Origin: Actinomycetota bacterium
Lineage (GTDB): Bacteria > Actinomycetota > Actinomycetes > S36-B12 > GCA-2699445
DNA: 64,000 bases
Reading direction: 5' to 3'
Assembly (NCBI GenBank): GCA_029978705.1
Contig: JAPOIY010000013.1
Span: 455-64,454 of the forward strand
Of the stretch, positions 8,889-18,445 are shown piece after piece. The number at the start of each line of letters is the position of its first letter. Positions within the stretch are counted from its first letter, which is position 1. The notes beneath the pieces are model-generated. The model searched no databases. It saw only the letters and a list, made by a program, of their open reading frames with translations, and was not told where the DNA came from. The position numbers and the translations under genes were made by a program.

Positions 8889-9938
8889 CTAGCGGCCCAG
8901 GCGCGCCGCAATCGGTGCGCTGAAGGCCTGGTCGCCCCACACGTCCCAGTTGACCGACCACGTCATCACCCCGCCCAGCGGGCGGTACTTGCGGCTCGGA
9001 CGGTAGCTTCCGCAGTTCCGTCCCATCTCCAGACAGTTCAGCGCGTCGATGACGACCCCCGGAGCGACGTAGCCGCTGCCCGCTGCGGGCGGCGCGGCCG
9101 GCAGTCCCAGGCCCACCTTGCGCGCGGGCAGGTACTTGAGCTGGATGGCGGCCAGGGCGGTGAGGAAGTCCACAGTGCCCTGTTGGTAGATCTTGCCGTC
9201 CGGTCCGAGCATCGAGCCTGAGTTGTAGTCCTGGGTGTTGACCAGGTCCACGGTGTGGCCGAGCTTCTTGATCAACTGTTCGTATCGGCCGCCGGCCTGA
9301 ACATCGAGAGTCTGCGGCGCCATCGTCACGACGAGTCGGCCGTGGAAGCGACGGGCCAGGGCCTTGGTGGCCGCCGCGACGTTGGCGACATCCATGGAGT
9401 GTTCGAGGTCGATGTCGATACCGTCGAAGCCGTACTTGCGGATCAGCCCGCTCATCGTGGTCGCGAAGCGGTTCACGGCCGCGGCGTCGGGGAACTCCAC
9501 GTTGCCCTTCTCGCCGCCGATCGAGAGCAGGACGACGTCACCGTCGCGTCGAGCGGCTGCGATGTCCCTGGTGAACCGCGCGGTGGAGTAGCTGCCGAGG
9601 GCAGCCCGAAGGCCGGAGTCCAACTGGAACCCGACGGCGCCGGGCTGGCCGGCGACCGCATCGGCGAATGCCACGGTGACCACGTTGTAGGCGTCGGGCA
9701 CCTGGCTCAGCCGCAGCGCGGAACTGCCGTTGACGAAGTTCTGCCAGTAACCGGTGAGGGAGTGGGCAGGCACCCGGCCGCGCGGGGGCAGGGGCTTGGC
9801 CCCCACCGCCGGGGCGGCGTGGGACTTCCCGGGGGTCGCTGGCGCGTCTCCAGCGGCGGCGGCAGGCCAGATGCCCGCCAGGCCCAGACCGCACACGCCC
9901 GCCAGTGCGATCGCCCGCCCCATCGTCGAGATCTTCAC
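8889..9938 (-). CDS. GH18 family chitinase-like glycoside hydrolase, secreted
   Basis: Catalytic motif FDGIDIDLE. YWQNF... TIM-barrel N-terminal strand. Signal peptide. Start set to GTG 9938, with GAAAGGGA 5 nt upstream. Confidence 0.9.
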   Translation of the reverse strand: MKISTMGRAIALAGVCGLGLAGIWPAAAAGDAPATPGKSHAAPAVGAKPLPPRGRVPAHSLTGYWQNFVNGSSALRLSQVPDAYNVVTVAFADAVAGQPGAVGFQLDSGLRAALGSYSTARFTRDIAAARRDGDVVLLSIGGEKGNVEFPDAAAVNRFATTMSGLIRKYGFDGIDIDLEHSMDVANVAAATKALARRFHGRLVVTMAPQTLDVQAGGRYEQLIKKLGHTVDLVNTQDYNSGSMLGPDGKIYQQGTVDFLTALAAIQLKYLPARKVGLGLPAAPPAAGSGYVAPGVVIDALNCLEMGRNCGSYRPSRKYRPLGGVMTWSVNWDVWGDQAFSAPIAARLGR

Positions 9939-9989
9939 GGGATTCCCTTTCGCTCTCGGAGTTTCCAGGGTATCCGGCACTGCGGGTGG

Positions 9990-11348
9990 TCAGGCTCCCG
10001 AGGAGGCCGCCCGGAGCGCCGCGAGATCGGCGTCGGTGATCCCCGTGTAGGCCATCGCAAACCGCCCGACGGCCCGCTCGAAGGCGTCGCTGTCGCCTAG
10101 GTACCCACTGATCGTGGCCGCGTCGCCGGCGCGTGCGTGGGCGCGGGCCAGCACGCCCCCACAGATGCTCGCGTAGTCCGACAGTGCCTCCGGCGTCAGC
10201 CCGGCAGCTTCGATGGAGCCCTTCATGTCCCGCAACTGCCGGACGTAGAAGTCGTATCCCGGGGTGCCGGTGCTGTGACTCCAGCCCAAGAAGGGGTCCC
10301 CGGCGGCCTGCATCAGTCGCTGCCCGACGACGACGCGTTCCCCGGCGTCGGAGAACGCGCTGGGTGCGGTGTACGGCTCGAGGACGGAGGCAGTGGCCTG
10401 CTTGGCCTGGAGGATCAGGGGCTCCCCGTCCCCCGTCTCCAGCAGCATCACCGCGGCCAGGGTTCCGACACTACCGACGCCTACCACCTTGTGGGCGACA
10501 TCGACCAGTCGGAACCGCTCCAGCAGCGCGACTCGGTCGGGGGGCAGGGTCGCGAGGTAGCCGTCGAGCATGGCGGCCGCCTCGGTCATGACCGCGGCTT
10601 GGTCCTTGGCGGGGGCCCGCACCAGGAGCGGTGGGTCCTCTCGGAACCGTCGCCCCGAGGCCCTGCGTTCGGTGAGTTTGCGCACCGCTGATGCCCCGGT
10701 CCGCTTGCGCGAACGCGCTCCCGCCGTCTCGGCTGCCTTGCGCAGCTTGGAGCGTCCGAGCAGAGTGCCCAGATCGTCCATCCCGAAGTGGAGGAACCAC
10801 ACGTCCAGCGTCGGGACGCCCATGAGGGCCCCGATGCACAGCCGGTAGGAGTGGGCTGCCGCCCGCGCCGCACGTTTGGCCTGTTTGCGGGTCATTCCGC
10901 TGCTGAGGGCGGCGACGGCGGCACTGGCAGCCAGCCTCTTGACGTCCCACTCGAAGGGACCGGGAAGTGTCTCGTCGAAGTCGTTGAGGTCGAACATGAG
11001 CCGTCGCTCTGGCGAGGCGAACATGCCGAAGTTGGCCACGTGGGCGTCGCCGCAGAGTTGCACCGTGATGCCCGAGTCCGGGGTGCGGGACAGATCCGAG
11101 GCCATCACTGCGGCGGATCCGCGCAGGAACGCGAACGGATCGGCAGTCATGCGCTCCCGCCTTAGGCCGATCAGGTCCGGCACCCGGTCCGCCTCCTGGG
11201 CGGCCAGGATCGCCACCGGGTCGGCGCGCTCCCGCGGCACCTCAGCGAGTACGTCCAGTGGGGTGTTGCGGCGCTTCTTCCTGCCGTCGCGTTGGCGCTC
11301 CGCGCGGCGCGGCAAGTCAGCAAGGAAGGTGGGTTCCGAGGCGGACAT
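9990..11348 (-). CDS. DUF2252 domain protein
   Basis: Full-length ORF. Blocks DPFAFLRGSAAVMASDL, CGDAHVANFG and FDLNDFDETLPGPFEWDVKRLAAS match my recollection of DUF2252. Confidence 0.8.
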   Translation of the reverse strand: MSASEPTFLADLPRRAERQRDGRKKRRNTPLDVLAEVPRERADPVAILAAQEADRVPDLIGLRRERMTADPFAFLRGSAAVMASDLSRTPDSGITVQLCGDAHVANFGMFASPERRLMFDLNDFDETLPGPFEWDVKRLAASAAVAALSSGMTRKQAKRAARAAAHSYRLCIGALMGVPTLDVWFLHFGMDDLGTLLGRSKLRKAAETAGARSRKRTGASAVRKLTERRASGRRFREDPPLLVRAPAKDQAAVMTEAAAMLDGYLATLPPDRVALLERFRLVDVAHKVVGVGSVGTLAAVMLLETGDGEPLILQAKQATASVLEPYTAPSAFSDAGERVVVGQRLMQAAGDPFLGWSHSTGTPGYDFYVRQLRDMKGSIEAAGLTPEALSDYASICGGVLARAHARAGDAATISGYLGDSDAFERAVGRFAMAYTGITDADLAALRAASSGA

Positions 11349-11512
11349 GCGTCCACGGTAGTGGGGGACTGGGGAAGTGGGGGGCCAGAGCTCCGGCGTG
11401 CCACCGCTGGCTTCGCCGGACTGCCGCTAGCCCAGGCAGCGCTTTCCCCGGTCTGCCTGGCAAAGGCTGTTCTGGGACGCGAAGGTGGACGGGGATGCAG
11501 GAGGTGGGGTTC

Positions 11513-12991
11513 ATGACCGACGAGCGCAGTGAAGCCGAACTCTGGACGCTGTTGGGTGCGGCGGAGGGTAGCGAACGGGCTGGACTGCTGTTGGAACTGG
11601 CCGACCGCAAACTCGAGCAACGGGACGTGGCCGCGGCCGTGTCCATGCTGGAGACCGCGGCTGGACTGGCAGGAGACGTGGGGGACGAGGGCCTTGCGGG
11701 GCGCGCGTTGGAGCAATTGGGTGGCGTGCAGTACAACCATCGGGAGCACGAGGCGTCGGCGCGGGCCTACGGAGCTGCAGCCGATCACTACCGCAATGCC
11801 GGGTGGGACGACCGGCTGGTGTCGAGTCTGTGGGGGCAGGCGGACGCGCTGTCGCGGCTGGGTCTGTGGGAGGAGATGCTCCGGGTCTCCGACAACGGGC
11901 TGGCGATCGCAGACTCCGACGAGAACGCGGTGGGGCTGGCCAGCCTGAGCATGCAGCGGGCCCGTGCCCTGTACCGGCTGGACCGTGAGGAGGAGGCGCT
12001 GGCCGAGACCGGTCGGGCGCGGGACACGTTCCGCCGCGTGGGCCTGCCGTCCGGGGTCGCCGACGCCGACGAGTTCGCTCACGGGGTCTGCATGTACCTC
12101 GGCCGACTCGATGAGGCGCTGGAATTGGCGACCAACTGCTACGTGCTGGCCGGGAGTACCCGCAGTGACCACGACGAGGCTGAGGGCGAGTTGCGACTGG
12201 CCGAGACACACATCGCCCGCACCGAGCCCGAGGACGCTCTGGTCTTCGCCGACAAGGCGCGTGGCTGGTTCAAGGAGCAGGACGACTCCATCGGGGTGGC
12301 CCGCGCCGCGCGGCTGCGCGGTCGGGCGCTGTCCCAACTGGACCGGGACCGGGAGGCTCTCGACGCGTTCGTGGAGGCCCGGGTCATGTTCGACGCCAAC
12401 GGATGGGACTACGACGCCCGCGACTGTGAGCTTCTGCGTGCCATCCATCTCCATGCGTTGGGGAGGTTCGGCGACGCCGAGTCGGTCAATGCCAGGCTGG
12501 CGGTGGACTTCAAGCAGGAGGGCCTCGCCGTCGGCGAGGCGTGGTCGGTTGCCCGTCGCCTCGACAATCTGGCAGCGGCGGAGGGCCAGTGGCTACGTAT
12601 GCGGGAGGTGGCCCAGCAGTGGTGGGACACCACGGACTCCGAGGATGCGACCCTGCGCTCGGCCCGGTTGCGGATCCTCGCGCTGTGGGCGTACGCGCTG
12701 TGGATGTCGGGAGAGTCTGACGAGGCCTTCCGGCTGTCCTCCGAGGCGCTGGACCAGATGTCCGACGACGAGTTCGACCGCCTGACGGCCCTCATCTTCG
12801 AGGTGCGCGGCCGATGTCTCATGTCGAGCGACGACCCGGCGGGACGTCAGGAACTCGCCCATGCCGTGGCGCTGCACCTGGCCCACGGCTCGGTGGAGCG
12901 GGCCCGGGAACTGTCGCAGGTCTTCCTGCCCGAGCTGCGGGAGGAGTCCCGGGAGAAGGACGGTACGGGGCGCCCCCATGGGTGGAGTTGA
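11513..12991 (+). CDS. Hypothetical TPR-like helical repeat protein
   Basis: ATG 11513 with GCAGGAGGTGGGG upstream. About 490 aa of acidic, Ala/Leu/Arg-rich sequence with repeated ~40-aa helical-hairpin periodicity (..EAL....A...F...G..). No enzymatic motif seen. Confidence 0.65.
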   Translation: MTDERSEAELWTLLGAAEGSERAGLLLELADRKLEQRDVAAAVSMLETAAGLAGDVGDEGLAGRALEQLGGVQYNHREHEASARAYGAAADHYRNAGWDDRLVSSLWGQADALSRLGLWEEMLRVSDNGLAIADSDENAVGLASLSMQRARALYRLDREEEALAETGRARDTFRRVGLPSGVADADEFAHGVCMYLGRLDEALELATNCYVLAGSTRSDHDEAEGELRLAETHIARTEPEDALVFADKARGWFKEQDDSIGVARAARLRGRALSQLDRDREALDAFVEARVMFDANGWDYDARDCELLRAIHLHALGRFGDAESVNARLAVDFKQEGLAVGEAWSVARRLDNLAAAEGQWLRMREVAQQWWDTTDSEDATLRSARLRILALWAYALWMSGESDEAFRLSSEALDQMSDDEFDRLTALIFEVRGRCLMSSDDPAGRQELAHAVALHLAHGSVERARELSQVFLPELREESREKDGTGRPHGWS

Positions 12992-13053
12992 CCGGCGAGG
13001 CGGGGGGACCTCCCGCGACACCGGCACGGTCGCGGACCCTTCTTGAAACGATC

Positions 13054-13085
13054 TTGACGTTCGTGGCCGCAGGGATCTCTAGTCT
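13054..13085 (+). promoter_or_regulatory. Possible promoter for a leaderless transcript
   Basis: TTGACG (13054-13059) and TAGTCT (13080-13085, TAnnnT class). The -10-like box ends 6 nt before ATG 13092, and that start has no Shine-Dalgarno. The 20-nt spacer is longer than ideal. Confidence 0.3.
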
Positions 13086-13091
13086 TGGTCC

Positions 13092-14414
<1,323 letters not shown>

Positions 14415-14431
14415 GTCCGGGAGGTAGTCAG

Positions 14432-14833
14432 ATGCGCGGTGCGGTGCGAGTCCTGGGCGTGACCGCCGGGGTCCTTGCCCTCTTTGTCTCCGGCCCGGTT
14501 GCGGCGGCGGAGAAGTTCGCTGGGACCGCTACAGACCCGACGGGTGCCATCAGTTTCGGCGCCGTCACCTTCACGGTGAAGGGCGGCAAGGTCCGCAACT
14601 TCACCGTTGAAGGCGCGACGGTGACCAATGGCGGCTGCGGAGGCTACAAGAGCGTCATCGTCCCGACAATCCCCCTGCGCGGGGGCCGCATGATCGGTGT
14701 CTACACCCCCGTGCCGGGAGTGGACGACTCGATCCGTGTCAACGGAACGATCACGAAAGGCCGGGCCAGCGGCACCTTCGCTGAAGGGCCCCTCTGTGAG
14801 CTGCGGGGAAAGTTCACTGCCAAGCGACGGTGA
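14432..14833 (+). CDS. Small secreted hypothetical protein
   Basis: ATG 14432 with GGGAGGT upstream. Signal peptide (VLALFVSGPVAAAEK). 133 aa. Begins 17 nt after the upstream gene, so probably co-transcribed. Confidence 0.65.
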   Translation: MRGAVRVLGVTAGVLALFVSGPVAAAEKFAGTATDPTGAISFGAVTFTVKGGKVRNFTVEGATVTNGGCGGYKSVIVPTIPLRGGRMIGVYTPVPGVDDSIRVNGTITKGRASGTFAEGPLCELRGKFTAKRR

Positions 14834-14960
14834 CCGCCGCCGGATCACTTCATCCGTAAACGCTGATATCGGGCGCTGAGCCGGTCGGCGAAGTCCCGGC
14901 ACATGGCCGGGGGCGCCTGTCAGGAAGCGACGGAGGGGTGGGTTCGGCATAGTCGGACCC

Positions 14961-15485
14961 GTGAGTCACGGTCAACGTCCCCGGGTGCCGTGGCTGGCCC
15001 GCGGTGTCCTCGCGGGTGCGGCGGGGACGGCGGCGATGGGGCTGTGGTATCACGGCGAACGCCTGGTGCGCCGCGGCCGATACGCGGGCGCGGCGGAGTT
15101 GGCGGATGGTTCGGCTGTCTCCGGGTTGTGGTCCGAGGAGGGGCTGGACTACGACGACAGCGTGGTGCCCGGGCAGATCGTGGCCTCGATCCTGCATCTG
15201 CCGGCCGTGACCAACAAGGAGGCCGGCGAGATCACGTTGGCGCTGCGGTGGGGCTACGGGTCAGCCTTCGGGATCGCGCACGTGTGGCTGCGCAAACGGC
15301 TGCCCGAGCCTGTGGCGACGGCGCTGTTCGGGGGTGCTCTGCTGAGCATGACCTTCACCGCGTTCCCGCTGTTGGGGCACACGCCGCCCCCGTGGCGGTG
15401 GTCCCCCGATGTCATGGCGAGCGCTCTCGGCAGCCACGCGGCTTACATCCTGACGGCGGCCCTGGTGGACGACACCCTGCGCTGA
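14961..15485 (+). CDS. Hypothetical membrane protein
   Basis: 174-aa ORF with hydrophobic segments (GVLAGAAGTAAMGLW, ATALFGGALLSMTFTAFPLL, LGSHAAYILTAALV). Start (GTG 14961) is uncertain. Confidence 0.55.
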   Translation: MSHGQRPRVPWLARGVLAGAAGTAAMGLWYHGERLVRRGRYAGAAELADGSAVSGLWSEEGLDYDDSVVPGQIVASILHLPAVTNKEAGEITLALRWGYGSAFGIAHVWLRKRLPEPVATALFGGALLSMTFTAFPLLGHTPPPWRWSPDVMASALGSHAAYILTAALVDDTLR

Positions 15486-15557
15486 TCCCGTCCGGGGGTC
15501 TGCGGTCGGCAACAGCGTTCGTCCTACGCGGCACGGGCCCCGAAGGCCCCGTTGGCC

Positions 15558-15645
15558 CCGAAACGGTCGCATGCGACTGCAGCGGTTGGAAGCGACTGTT
15601 GGAACAGTCGCACCTGACGCGAACAGTCGCATGCGACTCTTTCGG
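15558..15645. repeat. Palindromic intergenic repeat, copy B (composite, two GTCGCATGCGAC cores)
   Basis: CCGAAACGGTCGCATGCGAC (15558-15577) and GTCGCATGCGACTCTTTCGG (15626-15645) form an 88-nt inverted repeat. It encloses the everted hairpin GCGACTGTT-GG-AACAGTCGC (15592-15611). Confidence 0.85.
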
Positions 15646-15721
15646 ACAGCCCGCGCGGGGCGGACCCTGTGGCACGCTGAGAGAGCCGCGAAGGACTCGG
15701 CAAGAACGAGAGGGACGGACC

Positions 15722-15880
15722 GTGAGCCAACACCAGGGAGCCATCGACCCCGGCTGGTACCCCGACCCCAAGGGCACGCCACAGGAGCGGTACTGGGACG
15801 GGCACAGCTGGACCGACGAGACCCGTCCCATGACGATCGTGCTGCCCGCGAAGCCGAAGCCCGCCGGGTCCGCAGAGTAG
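15722..15880 (+). CDS. DUF2510 domain small protein (52 aa)
   Basis: GTG 15722 with GAGAGGGA 6 nt upstream. GWYPDPKGTPQERYWDGHSWTDE is the DUF2510 signature. It is hidden inside the longer artefactual ORF 14903-15880. Confidence 0.7.
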   Translation: MSQHQGAIDPGWYPDPKGTPQERYWDGHSWTDETRPMTIVLPAKPKPAGSAE

Positions 15881-15947
15881 GGCGGGGCCGGGGGGCCACC
15901 CGGCAGGTCGGGCACCGTAGCGAGAGGGCCCTGTGGGGGTCGGGCGT

Positions 15948-16826
15948 CTAGGCCGGCGCCCGGTCGGGCGACGGGTTGTCGACCAGTCGCGGCCCCAGAG
16001 TCGCGGCGACGAAGATCAGCCAGCCGATCATGCCCACATGCAGGACGTCGTTCTCCGAGAAGTAGAACCCGGCACCGCCGGCCCACAGCGTCTGGGTGAC
16101 CCCCGCGGCGTAGTAGCCGAAGTAGGCGATCTGCACCACGACGAGCAGGACAGCAGCCCAGAAGATCCACTTCGCACATGAGCGCGCCGCCCGGTCGACC
16201 CCGGAACGCCACCGTAGGGCCGAGACGACCATGACCAGGATGATCCCCGGAAGAGCGAAGAGCATGAGCACCTCGAACGACAGCAACGTCTTGCTCGGTA
16301 GCAGGACACCGACCACGGCGAGGATGCAGTAGACGACGGCATTCGCGATCGCGTAGACCGTGAGCCCCCGCCGCAGTCCTCCCGCCGCGCAGGCGAAGGC
16401 GACGGCCACGACCATGGCGCTCACACTCCACGCCTGGGTGACGCTGTATCCCACCTCGAAGCCATTGGTGTAGTGGCACGTGGCCAGGCCTGCGCACTTC
16501 AGTTCGTAACTGAAGGCCTGGTAACTGACCCCCGCCTGGGCGGCGCCGAGCCCGCCCAGGACCAGGGCGATCCCCAGCCAGAGCCGGGACCGCTGTCCCC
16601 GGCGGGCGACCAGGAAGTAGATGCCCACAGCCACCCACAGGATGGCCAGGCCGAAGACCAGGAAGGTCCCCAGCGGTTCGTTCACGATCACGTCGCCCAC
16701 CGCCACACAGGGGCGTTGCTCGCACCACTGCTCCGGCGTGACCGGGGGGTCGTAGGTCAACTCGTCCAGGCGGCCGCACCCGGTCAGCAGCAACGCGCCT
16801 GCAGCCAGGCCGGTGACGCGCTTCAC
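15948..16826 (-). CDS. Polytopic membrane lipoprotein, unknown function
   Basis: Lipoprotein signal (AAGALLLTGC) followed by about 8 TM helices. 292 aa. GTG start. Confidence 0.7.
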   Translation of the reverse strand: MKRVTGLAAGALLLTGCGRLDELTYDPPVTPEQWCEQRPCVAVGDVIVNEPLGTFLVFGLAILWVAVGIYFLVARRGQRSRLWLGIALVLGGLGAAQAGVSYQAFSYELKCAGLATCHYTNGFEVGYSVTQAWSVSAMVVAVAFACAAGGLRRGLTVYAIANAVVYCILAVVGVLLPSKTLLSFEVLMLFALPGIILVMVVSALRWRSGVDRAARSCAKWIFWAAVLLVVVQIAYFGYYAAGVTQTLWAGGAGFYFSENDVLHVGMIGWLIFVAATLGPRLVDNPSPDRAPA

Positions 16827-16959
16827 GGGGCCAGGGCTGCGGTCGGACAGCCAGCAGGGAGATCCCGGGGATGAGAGCTCCTGGGTACGGCCGGAGTGGG
16901 CAGGTGCACCCTCCTACCGTGCCAGGAGGACGTGCCGACCGTGGGCGGATTCACCCTAC

Positions 16960-16985
16960 TGAAACAGTCGCATGCGACTGTTTCA
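16960..16985. repeat. Palindromic intergenic repeat, copy C (perfect 26-bp palindrome)
   Basis: TGAAACAGTCGCATGCGACTGTTTCA reads identically on both strands. It overlaps the stop codon (16983-16985) of the DAG-kinase-like gene. Confidence 0.9.
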
Positions 16986-18344
16986 GGTCATCGGCTTGCC
17001 AGCCGCCACCCGCAGCAGACTACCCACGCCCACGTTGCGCGCATGCCGCCGCTGCAGCCGCTGGGTGCTGTCCTCCGGGACCCGGATCCGCAGGCCCCCG
17101 GGGTGGATCCGGAACACCAGGGGCGTCGGCAGTTCCAGGGCCTCGCCGTCCACCCCGACGAAAGCGCTCCCCGACCGGGACTTCACGGTGAACTCTTCGG
17201 TGGCGAAGTCGAAGAGGTTGGGGTCCCGAGCGCCCATCCCCACCGCGGTGCGGGTCACCAGTTTCGCTGCCTCGGCGCCGGTCGTGGCCGTCACCGCGAA
17301 GACCCCCAGTTGGCCGGTGGTGATGCTGCGGCGTTGCGAGACGTCGAGTTTCGGACCCATGACGTAGGGGTTGTTGGACACCAGGATCACGAAAGCACCG
17401 TCGACGGCGGTGCCGTCGGGCGCGGTGAACTGAAGGTCGAACGGCTCGTCCTGGTTACCCAGTAGTTGGGGCAGCAGCTCCAAGGAGGTCTGCCGTTTCG
17501 CGTCGCGGTACCCCTCCTCCTGCACGATGGTCGCGTAGACGCCCATGGAGGCGTTGTTGACGAAGAGGCGCTCCTCCGCGACGCCGTCCTTCTCATAGCC
17601 GATGGTGGCGAAGTCGATGCGCCGTTCCACCCCCTCCGAGAAGGCGATGAGTCCGGCCGACGGGTCGGCGCGGTCCAGCCCCAGGTCCAGGGCGAAATGG
17701 TTGCGCGTCCCCGCCGAGATGCACACGAACGGTAGGTCGTGCTCGGTGGCGACGGACGCCACGAGAGCCTGCGAGCCGTCACCCCCCGCCATGCCCAGGC
17801 AGTCGGCACCGCGGGCGATGGCGTCGCGGGCCAACTGCTCCAGGTCGTCTCCGGGATTCAGGAGCACCACCTCGACGCCCTGGGCCCTGGCCTTGGTGAC
17901 GAGGTCGAACTTCTCCACCTTGCCGCCCCCCGACTTGGGGTTGGCGATGAGCACCGGGTGCTGGGGAGCGGCCGCGGCCACGGTGTCGCTCTCATGGAGT
18001 CCGCGGACCAGCGCCAGCCGCGCCTGCGAGGCGGCGAGCCCGACCAGGGCGATCACCAGGACTCCCTGCAGGATCGCGCTCTCGGTGTTGGTGATGCCGC
18101 GGATCAGCCCGAACAGGATCAGGATCAGGCCCACCACGGCCACCACGACGCCGACCGCCCGCCGCGGCATCTGTTCGGTGATCGCCCACCACGCGCCCCA
18201 GGCCGTCACCAGCAGGCCCACGATCCCCACGACCAGGATGGCGGGATTGCGCAGAAGGGCGGCGACCACGAGGAGGATGAGCGCGGCGAGGCAGACGAGC
18301 GCGATGATCGCCTGGATCCGCTGACGGGTGGAGGGGGCACGCAT
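16983..18344 (-). CDS. Membrane-anchored diacylglycerol kinase-like lipid kinase (DAGK_cat / YegS-LCB5 family)
   Basis: ORF 16983-18992 trimmed to ATG 18344. The N-terminus has about 4 TM helices. These are followed by HPVLIANPKSGGGK and LGMAGGDGSQALVA (GGDG motif) of the DAGK catalytic domain. Confidence 0.85.
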   Translation of the reverse strand: MRAPSTRQRIQAIIALVCLAALILLVVAALLRNPAILVVGIVGLLVTAWGAWWAITEQMPRRAVGVVVAVVGLILILFGLIRGITNTESAILQGVLVIALVGLAASQARLALVRGLHESDTVAAAAPQHPVLIANPKSGGGKVEKFDLVTKARAQGVEVVLLNPGDDLEQLARDAIARGADCLGMAGGDGSQALVASVATEHDLPFVCISAGTRNHFALDLGLDRADPSAGLIAFSEGVERRIDFATIGYEKDGVAEERLFVNNASMGVYATIVQEEGYRDAKRQTSLELLPQLLGNQDEPFDLQFTAPDGTAVDGAFVILVSNNPYVMGPKLDVSQRRSITTGQLGVFAVTATTGAEAAKLVTRTAVGMGARDPNLFDFATEEFTVKSRSGSAFVGVDGEALELPTPLVFRIHPGGLRIRVPEDSTQRLQRRHARNVGVGSLLRVAAGKPMT

Positions 18345-18445
18345 GGCACCACCGTAGGGCGATCGCGGTCGCGACGCCGCACACTGGGCCAGATGCGTAT
18401 CGCGACCGCTGTCCGGTCCGGTCGGTCCGCGACGCGCAACCGAGG

